IMG/VR virus record: IMGVR_UViG_3300009514_000005
Span: 1-64,000 of that record
DNA from: a virus
DNA length: 64,000 bases
Direction: 5' to 3' (one strand)
Of the stretch, positions 20,547 through 31,766 are shown piece after piece (the stretch's first letter is position 1; each line of letters opens with the position of its first letter). The notes below the pieces were generated by a model. It had not been told where the DNA came from and searched no databases. It saw only the letters and a program-made list of their open reading frames with translations. A program made the position numbers and the translations under genes.

Positions 20547-22220
20547 CTAACCCTTGCCCAATAATCTTTTAGCATATTCTTTTATGACTCGATCATCACT
20601 TAATTGTTTTTCTTTCTTCTTAAACGGATCAAAGATTCCATCAGACTGAGATTTCTTTACCCCGCATATATCTACAACGATTGGATCCGACCCTGAATCC
20701 GAAACGAGAAAAATAGCTGTTACTTGCTTCTCCTGGCCCCTTCTTGCTAGTCGCCCTGAAACCTGGTCATGTATAGTCGAAGACCAATCCAACTCTCCAA
20801 AGACCACATAGGAACAATTCTCAACATACTGAAGGCCATCAAGACCTATTCCTGATCTAAGAGATATAAACATCACCCTGCTTTGCCCGGAGATGAAATC
20901 CTTTTTTGATTTAACCTTCTGAGATGGGCTCTCGGATCCAGTGTACATGCATGGATTATAATCAGATAATTCCTTCAACCAAATATCGTAACATGCACGA
21001 TGCCATCCCGCTAACAAGACTTGCTCATCATTCTCTAAGATCATCTTCACGTACTCAGCAACATATTTAGCCTTGGAAATTCCAGTGGCTTTTCTAACCA
21101 TCACTGAAAGCTCTCTTGATGCCTGGCCCTTCTCAACGAAAGACCCCTGAAGGACACTGACAGCGAGAGTCTTGGCTCTTTTTTCCATGTTATCTATAGC
21201 GGCCTGATCGAATCCAACAGTGTGAACAATCTTATTTACTCCCTTGGCCCCAGTTTCAGTTCTTCTTATATACGCAAACTGATCATGAAGGTAAGACCCA
21301 AGGGCTTTTGGATCACTCACCCTGCCCCCATAATTTAACCATTCCCTACCAAACTCAGCTCGAGTTCCAAGAATGCCGGGCTTGATTACTGAATAGATAT
21401 TAAAAGTTTCATCACCGTAATTCACGATCGGGGTTCCAGAAAGAGCCAAACAATTCACAACACCATCAGCAATCTTTTTACAAGACTGGTGCTTACTGGA
21501 CTCGACTCTTCTTACCTCCTGAATCTCATCCAACACAAATGTTTTGAGGTCCATACAAATTAAAGTATCAATCCATTTTGTTATGTTGGTGTATTTGAAT
21601 ATGTAAACATCATGGGGATCTAGTGGATAAGTTTTGCCAGTCTTAACAATATGGACCTTTAGATCACAAAACTCTTGAAACATATCAAACCACTGTCCTT
21701 GAAGGTGAGGCTGAACCACAACAATAGCTGGCAAAAACTCTGGCTTCATCAAGCATCCAATAGCTTCAACAGTTTTTCCTGCGCCTATAATATCTGCAAT
21801 AAGAAGCCTGTTAACTTTCCAGAAAAGCTCAACCGCAACAGCCTGTGGTTTATAAAGCTCCTTGCCCTCCCGAAAACCCACATCGATTCTTGGGACGTAA
21901 TCAGAACTAAGAATCTTATAATTTTCTTCCTGTAGACTCCTGAACCCATCAGCCCCATCAATCAAAGCATCGGCATGAGACTTGGACATCATCATTGGAT
22001 ATCTAGCCAAAAACCATTCCAAGTCACAGCAAATCTCTTTAGTGTTCTTAAAAAAGAAAGGAGTTGTTTCCGTCTTGGCTATGTGAGGGAAAAGATTTTT
22101 TAATTTAATGGCAACGTGTGGGGGAATACCTGAAAGGCACCATCTACTTTCTGATTCAATTAATTGGAGATCCCCATAGGTCTTCATAACATTCCACGAC
22201 TCAAGCTGAAATAATAGCAA
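20547..22220 (-). CDS. SNF2-like SF2 helicase/ATPase
   Basis: LLIADIIGAGKT (motif I), VLDEIQ (II), LSGTPIVN (III), GIGLDGL (V), QVSGRLARRGQ (VI). Confidence 0.9.
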   Translation of the reverse strand: MLLFQLESWNVMKTYGDLQLIESESRWCLSGIPPHVAIKLKNLFPHIAKTETTPFFFKNTKEICCDLEWFLARYPMMMSKSHADALIDGADGFRSLQEENYKILSSDYVPRIDVGFREGKELYKPQAVAVELFWKVNRLLIADIIGAGKTVEAIGCLMKPEFLPAIVVVQPHLQGQWFDMFQEFCDLKVHIVKTGKTYPLDPHDVYIFKYTNITKWIDTLICMDLKTFVLDEIQEVRRVESSKHQSCKKIADGVVNCLALSGTPIVNYGDETFNIYSVIKPGILGTRAEFGREWLNYGGRVSDPKALGSYLHDQFAYIRRTETGAKGVNKIVHTVGFDQAAIDNMEKRAKTLAVSVLQGSFVEKGQASRELSVMVRKATGISKAKYVAEYVKMILENDEQVLLAGWHRACYDIWLKELSDYNPCMYTGSESPSQKVKSKKDFISGQSRVMFISLRSGIGLDGLQYVENCSYVVFGELDWSSTIHDQVSGRLARRGQEKQVTAIFLVSDSGSDPIVVDICGVKKSQSDGIFDPFKKKEKQLSDDRVIKEYAKRLLGKG

Positions 22221-22534
22221 GGTTTACCGTTAATCTCTTCAGGAAACCCCATTGATTTATTGGTGGCCAAAATAAAAGCCTTCACCTTTTCATACTGAAC
22301 GTATCTCTCACACTGTCTAAATGTTTTTTCGGCTCCACCACCTATCTTGACCTCGACAGCTATCTCATCATCAATTAAAAAATCAACAATATCTCTTGGA
22401 GATAACCTATACTCTCTTCTTGCTTTAAAACCTTCTTGTTTGAAAATTTCCCACATCTCCTGCTGAACATTTTTTTCACTAGAGAGTGTAAAAGAATTAC
22501 CTGAAAGAGCGTCAAAGATCTTCTGGATTCTCAT
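22184..22534 (-). CDS. PD-(D/E)XK restriction-like nuclease
   Basis: E..Q...REY....IVDFLI...IAVEVK...Q..RY pattern; overlaps the SNF2 gene. Confidence 0.7.
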   Translation of the reverse strand: MRIQKIFDALSGNSFTLSSEKNVQQEMWEIFKQEGFKARREYRLSPRDIVDFLIDDEIAVEVKIGGGAEKTFRQCERYVQYEKVKAFILATNKSMGFPEEINGKPCYYFSLSRGML

Positions 22535-23985
22535 CCACCACCCCTAACTTATCTTTTATCTGAACAAGGCTATTTTTAATTTCAAAAAGCTCTTCCAGTA
22601 TAAATGCCTGGAAATCCCTCTTCTCTTTGTTCTCAAATTCTTGATCATCTTGTGACTTGGAAATTAATTTTATCTTAATTTTAGAAAGTTTTTTTTCAAT
22701 CTTAAATTTATATTCAAGGAATTCTTTTTTCCACTCAATAAATTCAGCCTTCTGACTACCAACATGCTTCGATTTAACATTTGCAAAACTCAACTCAATC
22801 TCTTTTTTCATGGTGACTAATTCAGATTTCCACTCCCTTAAGTTGGAATCTAAAAACGCCAGCTCCTCAGGAGACGCATCTCCCTCAATCTCCCTAGAGA
22901 CCATACTTTTAGTAACCTCAGTTATCTCCTGATCCATTTATTTTCCTCTCAAATTCTGCACCCACTCTCTCCTCTTCTGGTTACAGATTTGCTTTCGACT
23001 CATCCAGGTTCTATGAATTCTTCCTTGTTTCAACGAAGGCCCCAGCTTGGTGGGATTAAGCGCAGGTGGGATATCCCACATCTCTTTCTGCCGAACCATA
23101 CTCGCGTAAACATGGGCCTCTCTCTCTGTATAGAAATAAAATTCTCGATACCAATATTTCTTTTTAGATCTTGGGAAGCTATTCCTAAGAGCAATAGAGC
23201 TTGGAACAGTAGTGGTATAAGTGACATTGCATGTGTTTCCATCGGTGTAAGCTGTACGAGTGTAATCAGTAGCATTGGAATCAACTATTGCAACCATAAC
23301 TTCCTTGTTCACCCTTATTTGTATGTTCACTAAAAGCTGAACATAGCTTTGGTAATTTATAAATAGTTAAAACCATTAACTAAAAAAACTTATTGCCTCT
23401 TGTTTAATTCGTTCAATATTCACCTTAATTCCGGATCTACCACAGTGAGGACATATATGCGGATCCATCATTTCACCCCATCTCGATCCACACTCCCTAC
23501 ATTCCCATTGATCACCAGGTTCAAAGAAACACCAGGCTTCGTGTAGATTGGTAACGAACTTTGCAAACGGAATCTTAACCACCAAGGCCCTCTCAAACGA
23601 ATTATTACTAGCTGGACTAAAGGCCGCCCTGGCTTGTTCTAAACTAAAAAGAACCACATCATTCCTAAATAAACCTATAATCGGACCTTGATTACTCATG
23701 CTTCGCCACCTCTATCTTGGATTCCCAACTGTCTTCCAAGGATTGATCATCAGAATAATAAAACTGAAATGGTTCATTGTTCTGATTGTTGTTGCTATAT
23801 GGGCCATGGCCAGCAAGATGAATCGCACCACGCTCAACACAAACACCCACCAATTCTTTAGAGGGATGAGGCTTGGAAACAATCATATTATCCTCTCTAG
23901 GCTTCCCACAAATTTCACAAGGCTCAAGCGTAATCACTTTTCTTAGTACAAAATTCTTCAACAATCTATATAGATTACGAACCAA
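22512..23985 (-). other. block of hypothetical CDS (22512..22937 coiled-coil, 22938..23330, 23376..23699 with Zn-ribbon, 23692..23985)
   Basis: Co-oriented packing; CRECG...CPHCG in 23376..23699. Confidence 0.6.
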
Positions 23986-24166
23986 ATTACATTAATTTTT
24001 AAAAAAATTATTCACATCTTACCTTTTCAATCAGCCTCTTAACCTTGAATATAGTTCTTCTTATTCAAGGTTAAATGGTGAGCCCCGGAAGACTTTCACT
24101 TCCTGTTCTTTTGCCCAGCCGAAGCTGTCCTCCCCTGGTTTGTATCCCAGAGGCCAAGGGCCCATA

Positions 24167-24682
24167 TTATTTTGGCTTCAAAACCGAAATCGTTCTTTTG
24201 CTTTTAACATTCTCACCAAGATAATTAGGAGAAAAATCTAAATGCATCTGCCATTCAGCAGTAAATGAATCCGTCTCCATAATTTTTCTAAACTGACCAA
24301 CTGAATGAATATGATCATCAGCCGTACCTAATACCACTCTCTTAGCGCCCTTAAGCAGATGAAGGAATTTATCCCATCCTTTATCATCTAAATGCATTTC
24401 CAATCCAAGGACAACTACTCCATATCCTAAGCGGAATTCGATAATGCCATCTTTAATTGGATCATTCTCTGGGTATTTTCCTTTCACACGATGAACTCTA
24501 TCTTTCCAGTAACCCTCAACCGTTGGACTGATAACCACTATCCTCTTATCCGGACTCATGAATCTATCAATTGAACACTTGTTGTATCCACCCAATTCAA
24601 TTACCTGGTCATAATCTTTTAAGAAATGAGCCGCAATTGCATATCTACTTTGAAAAACTTCAGTCTCCAAATAAGGCCACAT
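24167..24682 (-). CDS. putative divergent class I SAM-dependent methyltransferase
   Basis: RY.IAAHFL.DYDQVIELGG motif-I-like segment; abuts a clear methyltransferase. Confidence 0.4.
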   Translation of the reverse strand: MWPYLETEVFQSRYAIAAHFLKDYDQVIELGGYNKCSIDRFMSPDKRIVVISPTVEGYWKDRVHRVKGKYPENDPIKDGIIEFRLGYGVVVLGLEMHLDDKGWDKFLHLLKGAKRVVLGTADDHIHSVGQFRKIMETDSFTAEWQMHLDFSPNYLGENVKSKRTISVLKPK

Positions 24683-25282
24683 CTAAATACTCCTTGTAAT
24701 AATCGCTACGCCCATTCCAATTCTTAAATTCATTACCTGCCAGGATTTATCCGCCCGAAGTTGTTCAACAAGTAACCAAACTCCAGCCGTTCTTGGGATC
24801 GTATCGTGAAGAGTGATGAACCCATCTTTCCTGAGATTCTTTGAATACATATTAAAATCATGCCTCACCCCCTCGTAAGAATGATCAGCGTCAATATGAA
24901 GATACCCGATGTCGCACACAGCAAAATCCGGCCAAGCATCTTCAGTTTTTTTCCTCACGATCTGAACATCAAAATCCTTTGTGAAGCTCGTTTCTTTGTC
25001 GTGGTAGTTTGGTTCACCCCACCCAGCCTCAGGCATGTTGGCGTCAACTAAATAGGTTGTGGAGTCACAGTGGATCCCTAAATCATACTGGGCAAGCCTC
25101 ATTATCTTGGGAACAAATCCACCACCAGACCCGAGGCAAATAGAACAGGAAGATCGAGACATATAAGCCAGAGCGTAATAAAGCATTCCCCCACCAAGGA
25201 ACCCATCTTTGGCCCCATGACTTGGCAAAAATTTATCATCTTCTGAAAGCTTTTCTACCCAATCTTGATCAATAAACTTCAT
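24683..25282 (-). CDS. class I SAM-dependent methyltransferase (Methyltransf_24-like)
   Basis: CLGSGGG motif I; IGYLHIDADHSYEGVRHD...LRKDGFITLHDT. Confidence 0.85.
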   Translation of the reverse strand: MKFIDQDWVEKLSEDDKFLPSHGAKDGFLGGGMLYYALAYMSRSSCSICLGSGGGFVPKIMRLAQYDLGIHCDSTTYLVDANMPEAGWGEPNYHDKETSFTKDFDVQIVRKKTEDAWPDFAVCDIGYLHIDADHSYEGVRHDFNMYSKNLRKDGFITLHDTIPRTAGVWLLVEQLRADKSWQVMNLRIGMGVAIITRSI

Positions 25283-25284
25283 TC

Positions 25285-25447
25285 AAATATCCAACCAATA
25301 TCCAATTTCTAGCATTAACTTATAGCAAATTTCTTAGATTGATTCATGTGTTTACAATAACTTACAAATCAAAAACCCCATTTTTTCGCATTAACTACTA
25401 GCAATTCTCTGCACTAACTACTAGTAAATATCCAGCCAATATCCAAT
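25285..25447. repeat. 22-bp direct repeat pair plus 14-bp repeat pair in an AT-rich intergenic region
   Basis: AAATATCCA(A/G)CCAATATCCAAT at 25285..25306 and 25426..25447; GCA(T/C)TAACTACTAG at 25388..25401 and 25411..25424. Confidence 0.8.
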
Positions 25448-25647
25448 CAATTGGACTTTTGACACTCCCCACAAGACCGGGATAATCCATTGGTTAAATT
25501 CCTCACGTTGACCCACTTCTGCATCCCACACTCACATACGCAAAGCCAATGAATGTGCTGACTTTTCTTAGCGTATTTTCTTTTCCACTCACCCATCACT
25601 GTCCACTCCCCAAACTTCTTCCCCGTTAGATCCAATCTTTTTGGCAT
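25447..25647 (-). CDS. stand-alone Zn-binding module of the type found N-terminal in phage HNH/AP2 homing endonucleases
   Basis: DLTGKKFGEWTV...WLCVCECG...NLTNG.SRSCG; no nuclease domain follows. Confidence 0.75.
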   Translation of the reverse strand: MPKRLDLTGKKFGEWTVMGEWKRKYAKKSQHIHWLCVCECGMQKWVNVRNLTNGLSRSCGECQKSN

Positions 25648-27030
25648 TTATAATCCCCCTGGCCCCGAGTTTTACAACGCACGAACGAGACTCCTTGGTC
25701 CACTTAAATCTTATGTTAAGATTATCACCATCAACCTCAACACCCTCATGAATAGCCCATTTCTTTTCATCTCGAACAAGATATCCATCCGACTGAAGTT
25801 CAAGTCCCATTAGCGATTTATAAAAAATCTTTACAATATCTTCTCTTAAAGCAGCAACACTGGTATCGAAAACAACCTTCTTAAAAGATTCATCAAAAGC
25901 CTCTTCGATCTTTTCAACAGCTTCCTCTGGAGACATATCTCCAACTACGAAACCTTGATTGTGTCCACCGTTTCCCATGATTCACTCATCTCTTTTATTT
26001 GTTCACAAATCCAATCCCTAGCCTCTTCTTCGGATACAAAATTTATTATTTGTAAATCTCCTTCTGGCGGAACTGGTTGTTTAGCCCACTTCCAAAAATC
26101 CATAATCTTAGCCTGAACACGAAAAACGCCTTTTCTTTTTACAATTTTATACTGACTCGGCTTAAAAGCTTTAAAAAACATTTCTTCCCACATCACTTCT
26201 TAACCCTCATAATTCTTTTCCTAAGAGCGTTAACCATCCTCTTAGCCTCTTGACAAGCTCCAATCACAGTAAAAGGAACCTTGACTGTATCCTGATAAAC
26301 AAGAGCCATATTCTCATCAACAACTTTAATTATTATCTTAAGATTCATGGATACCTTTCAACCGGAGACCCGGAAGGTTTAACAACCTGGGGGATCTCTT
26401 TTTTTAGTTCAGGAATTGGCGGCTGGGGTTTTGGCTGCGGAGTTGGCTGCGGAGTTACAACTGAGACTGGCTTGGGTTTCTCCAACTGATTTTTATATTT
26501 CCTAGCTTCTTCTTGTTCAATCTTAATCATCCACTTGAGCTTTTTGTTTTGCTCTTTAATATTAATAAACTCATTAAATATCTTCGGAAGATCCTTATAG
26601 AAAAGCTCTTGGAAATCATCATTGTTAAGATCAAGCTTTTTAACCGCTTTATATCTTGTTTTAATTTTATCTAAATCTATTTCAACTTCCTTCACTCTTT
26701 TCCCTTTTTAGACAAGTCCAATACCTCCACCTCTTCCCTGTTGGTGAACCTAAGAAGCCTGACCGGGATGCCAGTTGATGATGCCACTCTCTCGGCAATT
26801 GGCCTCATAGACTCAACCCTGGCCCTGTCAGCACCAATCATAGGCATGGCCATTCCATCCTTTGCCTGAAAAGCAGGAATGCCTTCGTTACCATCCCTAG
26901 AGTCTACCGTAACCCAGGCCCACATTTCATTAACCCTGTATTTATTTTTAGGGGCAATAAAAATACACTTCGGACAAGCTGGCCCCTTTTCGGAATTAAC
27001 TAAATCTATTTCACAATTAGGACACTTCAT
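25589..27030 (-). other. block of hypothetical CDS (25589..25978, 25945..26196, 26345..26695 with PQPT tail, 26692..27030 with Zn-ribbon)
   Basis: Co-oriented packing. Confidence 0.6.
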
Positions 27031-27286
27031 TTGTTGTTTTTCCCTTTAGCTTAATTGAAAGAATAGCCCAACCTTTTTGAAGCCCAAACTGACCACCTTT
27101 CATCATGTATGTCACTTCGGCTTTTACTTCTCGCCCAGTATGACCACCGCCTCTTTCAAACTCCTTAAGAGCTAAAATATCACCAAGCTGATAATCACGA
27201 TCATTTTTCCTAACCTCAAAAGTCTTGTTGCCTTTTATGACTTCTTCAAAATAAGGAATCAATATTTTCAAATCATGTTGTCTCAT
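27017..27286 (-). CDS. ASCH/PUA-like (DUF3850-type) protein
   Basis: HDLKI...YFEEVIKGNKTFEVRKNDRDYQLGDILAL.E. Confidence 0.85.
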   Translation of the reverse strand: MRQHDLKILIPYFEEVIKGNKTFEVRKNDRDYQLGDILALKEFERGGGHTGREVKAEVTYMMKGGQFGLQKGWAILSIKLKGKTTNEVS

Positions 27287-27295
27287 TTTAAACCC

Positions 27296-28036
27296 TTAAA
27301 TAAAAGATTGCTGTTCGCTCTTCTTATTTAAAATACTGACCTCAAAATCACAAGATTCTTTGAAATCCTGAAAACTATATTGCCTAATCTTTCGTGTCCA
27401 AGCCTTGATATCATAATCAAAAAAGAATCCCTTAGCCTTAGCCTTATAATTATCATCAAACTTTTGATGGCTTCTAATGTCAATGAGAGGAGTCGATGCA
27501 GCTCTACAGACTTCTTCCATATCATAATCACCTTTCTCTATAACCTGGATCATCATTAAAGCATCCGTAAAGGCTCTGTGGCCAAATGGATTGGCAAGCC
27601 CGTGATCTGCTGCAATATGATTCACCGATCTTCCTTTTATGTTGGGACCATATGGAATCTCATGTAAGAAATCCATCCAATTAACTACCGGAACATTTAC
27701 CGCCCATCGCTTACACTCTCTTTCAAACATTGCTTGATCAAAAGTAAAGTTAGCCGCCATGGTGAAATCACATCTAGACATTTCAGCACAAACCCTCGAT
27801 AAAACCCTATTAGGTTCAATGCCATATTTATCTATCATTTCTTCACAGATTCCGTTTACAGCGGTAATACTAGGATCAATCAGCTCATCTTTGTTTAAAG
27901 ACTTTAAAAGATAACCACCCATTCTCACAATACCAAGAACTAGATCATAAACCACATATCCTACTTCGATTACTTTTGAATTTGGTTCATCGGGGAGACC
28001 TGTTGTCTCTGTATCAAAAAACAATATACTACTCAC
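27296..28036 (-). CDS. DEDDh 3'-5' exonuclease (DnaQ-like)
   Basis: FFDTETTG (ExoI), AANFTFD (ExoII), HRAFTDA (ExoIII). Confidence 0.9.
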   Translation of the reverse strand: MSSILFFDTETTGLPDEPNSKVIEVGYVVYDLVLGIVRMGGYLLKSLNKDELIDPSITAVNGICEEMIDKYGIEPNRVLSRVCAEMSRCDFTMAANFTFDQAMFERECKRWAVNVPVVNWMDFLHEIPYGPNIKGRSVNHIAADHGLANPFGHRAFTDALMMIQVIEKGDYDMEEVCRAASTPLIDIRSHQKFDDNYKAKAKGFFFDYDIKAWTRKIRQYSFQDFKESCDFEVSILNKKSEQQSFI

Positions 28037-28673
28037 GATTCATCCTTTCTAGCAACATCCTTGGCATAGTTCCTGATTTGGCTACATTCATTGAAGCCGC
28101 CGTTAATATTTCTGCTTCGTTTACTATCACATTTTTAACCTGCCCATTTGGGTAATTCTGAACATTGCAAAGTTCTGGATCCGATAAGGCAAAATATTTT
28201 CTACAAGTATTTGGCCGATGCTCATAAACCTTGCAAAGACCAGTATTGCCATCAAGAAAAACACAAGACCAATCCTCTTTATTTTGTTGATGCCATTCCG
28301 TAAAATTAGATTGTCTCTTAAGCTTTAGCTCATCTATTGCGATATTTTCTTTTTTAGCATAAGAAACAAGAAGATCAGCCTCGTCATCGCTTATGATTAC
28401 CTCGAGCTTACAACAATGACAACATCCAGCCCTACAGGTGACTCCAGCATTATCATTTTTAAATGATTGCTGAATTGATTTATCGATCTCAACATGCCAG
28501 CTATAAGCTCGGCTCTTTGGATCAAAAACATGTTTCTTCATTTTTTCATATTGGTTCATATAATGATAAAGCATCTCTGCAACCTGCTTCTGCAACCGTG
28601 GACCGATTTGTTTCAGATATGCTTGAAACCCATAAGACATCCAAGTAAGTTCTTTCTTTTTTGTCAAAGCCAT
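28029..28673 (-). CDS. YkgJ/FliB-like cysteine-cluster protein
   Basis: CRAGCCHCC ... CVFLD...CKVYEHRPNTCRKY. Confidence 0.85.
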   Translation of the reverse strand: MALTKKKELTWMSYGFQAYLKQIGPRLQKQVAEMLYHYMNQYEKMKKHVFDPKSRAYSWHVEIDKSIQQSFKNDNAGVTCRAGCCHCCKLEVIISDDEADLLVSYAKKENIAIDELKLKRQSNFTEWHQQNKEDWSCVFLDGNTGLCKVYEHRPNTCRKYFALSDPELCNVQNYPNGQVKNVIVNEAEILTAASMNVAKSGTMPRMLLERMNRE

Positions 28674-29661
28674 ACTTTAATTCCCGCCCTTTTCGTTTCC
28701 GATTCAATAAATCTTAACTCAATGCCAAATGAATCATTTCTTGGTATAGTCTCTTTTATTATCTTCCAAGAAGCCTGCATTTCATGAAAGCCAAGGTCTA
28801 TCAATAAATCTTTAAGCAAAACAAGATACCTCGCAGCGATATCGGCCTGCTCATTGGTATTGCACCCAACCACAACTTTTTTGGCTTTAACCAAGCAGCG
28901 TTCAATAAACTTTTCTTCATCACACATGATTATCCAATACGATAAAATTTACCTTATGTAAATAAATTTGATCAACTATCGGGACAGTGGCGAAGCCTCT
29001 GAGATAACACTGAAAATTCAAATTTTATTACTTCTATACGACAAAATTCAGCCATGCTACTCATACAATCCAGCTCTGCCTTTTTACATCCAAGCCCCAT
29101 AGTTATTAAGTGACAACGCATAAACACATATCGCTTAACGTAGTCGGACTCCATCGCTCTATATTCCATACATTGCTGGCTTACATCGTCTTTCGCAGCA
29201 ATAATGTCGCATCCTTTATTTGGAATCAAAAAACAAGATACGATTAAAGACTGAAGGATCATCCATTAATTGTAATGGATGCCTTGCTATTAAACATTTA
29301 AAAATCTTTTAAAGAAACTGTCTTACCTTTTAGATCAACAATTCCCAACTGGGCCTTTATAATAATCAGCATGTAAGGAATTAAACATATCAACCCACTT
29401 TCCATCTGTTGTTCTAAAAAAAATAGTTAGATCAAAGGTTTTCATCATTTGAACGAAATCTCTAAACCATTCCTCATTCTCAGGATCCATGGCGATCAAT
29501 TCGTCTTCATGCTCCGCTCGAGTTTTATTCTCTTTTTCAATCAAAAAAGACTCCATAATTTTTTCTGCTTGAGAAAAAGTACCAGCAAATTCTATTTTGT
29601 TTTTTTCTTCATCCACAATTTTAAACATATTCTCTCCTTTATATTTCAAAAGTTTCATCAA
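28664..29661 (-). other. hypothetical CDS (28664..28927, 28972..29262 Cys-rich with signal-like N-terminus, 29335..29661)
   Basis: Co-oriented packing. Confidence 0.55.
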
Positions 29662-30529
29662 CCTTCACTCCAATAAAATCCTCAAGACTGATCGGACCAT
29701 TCTTATCAGCAAACATGGTATGACCAATCTCTTTTTCCTTTTCAACATACTGCTTAAAAACATTGGGATTTTCTTTTGCAGAGACCCTAAGATCACTCTT
29801 CTTTGCCATGATACAAAACATACAACTTAATCGACTCATCCCTTTTGCATAGGCCCAATGTAATCTTTGACCAGCATCCTCGACAACACCGAGAAGATCT
29901 TCCAGCGAATAATTAAAAATAGGATACCAATCATAAACAAATCTTTTTCCATTAGGCTTGCTAAGATTATTAACCCTTTTAACTCTCCCTTTTTTATCCA
30001 GCTTTCCTTCTGGATGATTCATTTTTTCAAACAAAGCAAGACGTTTGCTAAGACCAATAGTGAGGGCTTCGCCAGTTTTCTTGAAGTGATCTTTATCAAC
30101 ACCTTGCTTTCGGCCATCAGATTCACCGGCTCTGATTCCAACACAGTTCACGGCATACTTAGCACCACGCTCTTTCATGATTGCACGAATGAGAACATCG
30201 ATTGGGCCAGTCTTTTGGCCGGAAGTACACTGACGGTACTTGGGCGATGGCCACATCCCACGCTTGGTAACCATCTCCATAAAGGTTTCATTGGCCACGA
30301 CAACCCTAAGATCGTGATCGCCAACAGTTGCCTTAATGTGATCAAAGGTTCCAGACCAGTCTGCCCCTGGAAGATCAGCATGAACCACGACGATCTGACT
30401 CTTGGGAACGATCCTTTCGATCTCGATCATCTGGGCTTGGGAGTCCTTGCCTCCTGAATGACTCACAAAAAATATGGCCCCTAAGTCTATCAATTTTTTT
30501 ACTTCATCCAGATTTACTAAGCCCCTCAT
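29639..30529 (-). CDS. PAPS-reductase-family (PP-loop) protein
   Basis: VSHSGGKDSQA, CTSGQKTGPI, GIRAGESDGR, RLSCMFCI. Confidence 0.85.
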   Translation of the reverse strand: MRGLVNLDEVKKLIDLGAIFFVSHSGGKDSQAQMIEIERIVPKSQIVVVHADLPGADWSGTFDHIKATVGDHDLRVVVANETFMEMVTKRGMWPSPKYRQCTSGQKTGPIDVLIRAIMKERGAKYAVNCVGIRAGESDGRKQGVDKDHFKKTGEALTIGLSKRLALFEKMNHPEGKLDKKGRVKRVNNLSKPNGKRFVYDWYPIFNYSLEDLLGVVEDAGQRLHWAYAKGMSRLSCMFCIMAKKSDLRVSAKENPNVFKQYVEKEKEIGHTMFADKNGPISLEDFIGVKVDETFEI

Positions 30530-30555
30530 ACGTTCCCCTTGTTAATTGTTAATCT

Positions 30556-30592
30556 GATACTAGTATCGCATATTCTTTACATTGTGTAAAGA
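30556..30592 (-). promoter_or_regulatory. sigma70-like promoter overlapped by two palindromes
   Basis: -35 TTTACA (30590..30585), 17 bp, -10 GATACT (30567..30562); GATACTAGTATC palindrome and TCTTTACA-N3-TGTAAAGA inverted repeat. Confidence 0.65.
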
Positions 30593-30693
30593 TAATCGTG
30601 TATTTTTTTCATTGTTTTAATCAATAGATTACAGCGGGTTAGAAGATCCCAAGAATATTTTTTAGTGTTGAAATCATTGATGAATTTTAAATA

Positions 30694-31656
30694 TTAAGAA
30701 AAACTCTTTAGATTTGGGACTTTTAGCTCCCCTTCGGAATAGCCAGACCCAAGGGCCATGATCCCCTTGCGATTCATTACAGATGCCTGATATTTCTTAT
30801 ATGACTTCAGGGATCTCAGCCAAGCCAGTATAAAAAGCTTCTGCTGCCCAAGAGAGGCATTTTCCAAAACACCCTTCCAATGGAGTGCATTTCTCCTGGA
30901 GTCCTTCCAGGCGGCATAAGAGCTATCCCTAGAGGCACACCAGTTAAGTATCTGAGACAAGACATAAGTAAGCCCATCGGTTCTTATCCGCTCAGATACA
31001 ATTTGATAGCTCAATCCTTTCAGGCTTCCGTTTTGAACCACCACGTCAAAGAAGAAACAAAATTCACTAAACAGTATTGGATCATCCCAAGATATTTCTT
31101 CTTCGCCCTGCTTCCATCCAATACCATAACGAAGGGCTCTCTCCCCGATCTCCAAAGATTCTTCTGTCTGGATCTTAATCATTTCTTTTGATCCCCAAAG
31201 GGATTGAAGCTCCTTAATATAAGGGCTTAAAACTTTCGATCCTCTAGACCATGTAGCGATTTCTTTAAAGCTATCGCTAGGTCTTTGATTCACTAAATAA
31301 AGATAATCATCTCCAAGGGTAGGCATATATGCATAAAGCAAGTCACGGCCAAACTCTAAGACAAATTTTTGAACTAATCTCTGATGATCACCCAGGCCCC
31401 ATGTCCATCCAAGTGCCCCAGCGGTTAGGCCCATGTTATCAAAATTTCCAACTATATTTGAAAAAGGATCACCATTACCCTCAAAATCTGAGGATATCTT
31501 TAAAGCACAACACGTTGCCGATTTTAAATTCGTCTCGTCGACAAGATTATTTATAGGCGTCTCGCTAAGCACTGCATCACCATCGGATCCTCCAATTGAT
31601 TGGACCTCTTCTATTGCTATAGGTTTTCTTTTTTTTCTAAACCAACCAAAACACAT
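30694..31656 (-). CDS. lysozyme-fold peptidoglycan hydrolase (probable endolysin)
   Basis: ISSDFEG...IVGNFDNMGLTAGALGW resembles the catalytic Glu/Asp region of GH46/lysozyme-like phage lysins. Confidence 0.7.
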   Translation of the reverse strand: MCFGWFRKKRKPIAIEEVQSIGGSDGDAVLSETPINNLVDETNLKSATCCALKISSDFEGNGDPFSNIVGNFDNMGLTAGALGWTWGLGDHQRLVQKFVLEFGRDLLYAYMPTLGDDYLYLVNQRPSDSFKEIATWSRGSKVLSPYIKELQSLWGSKEMIKIQTEESLEIGERALRYGIGWKQGEEEISWDDPILFSEFCFFFDVVVQNGSLKGLSYQIVSERIRTDGLTYVLSQILNWCASRDSSYAAWKDSRRNALHWKGVLENASLGQQKLFILAWLRSLKSYKKYQASVMNRKGIMALGSGYSEGELKVPNLKSFS

Positions 31657-31709
31657 TTTAAAATCCCTTGATTTTTCAACCTACTAGAAGAACAATCAAT
31701 CGAGCCGAT

Positions 31710-31766
31710 TTAATCCAAGGTAGGATTAACGCTTAAGGACCGGAGCAAGGAAGCTTCCCGGTCCTT
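31710..31766. terminator. tandem hairpins, probable terminator after the parB-like gene
   Basis: TTAATCC/GGATTAA (31710..31729) and AAGGACCGG/CCGGTCCTT (31735..31766). Confidence 0.65.

Noticed and set aside
26410-26460. Short tandem DNA repeat GGCTGCGGAGTT
   Set aside because: Explained by the in-frame PQPT/PQPK linker of 26345..26695.
29639-30529. Complete Dnd/Ssp phosphorothioation system
   Set aside because: Only DndC-superfamily similarity; no cysteine desulfurase, DndD/E or SspB/C homolog is seen in the window.
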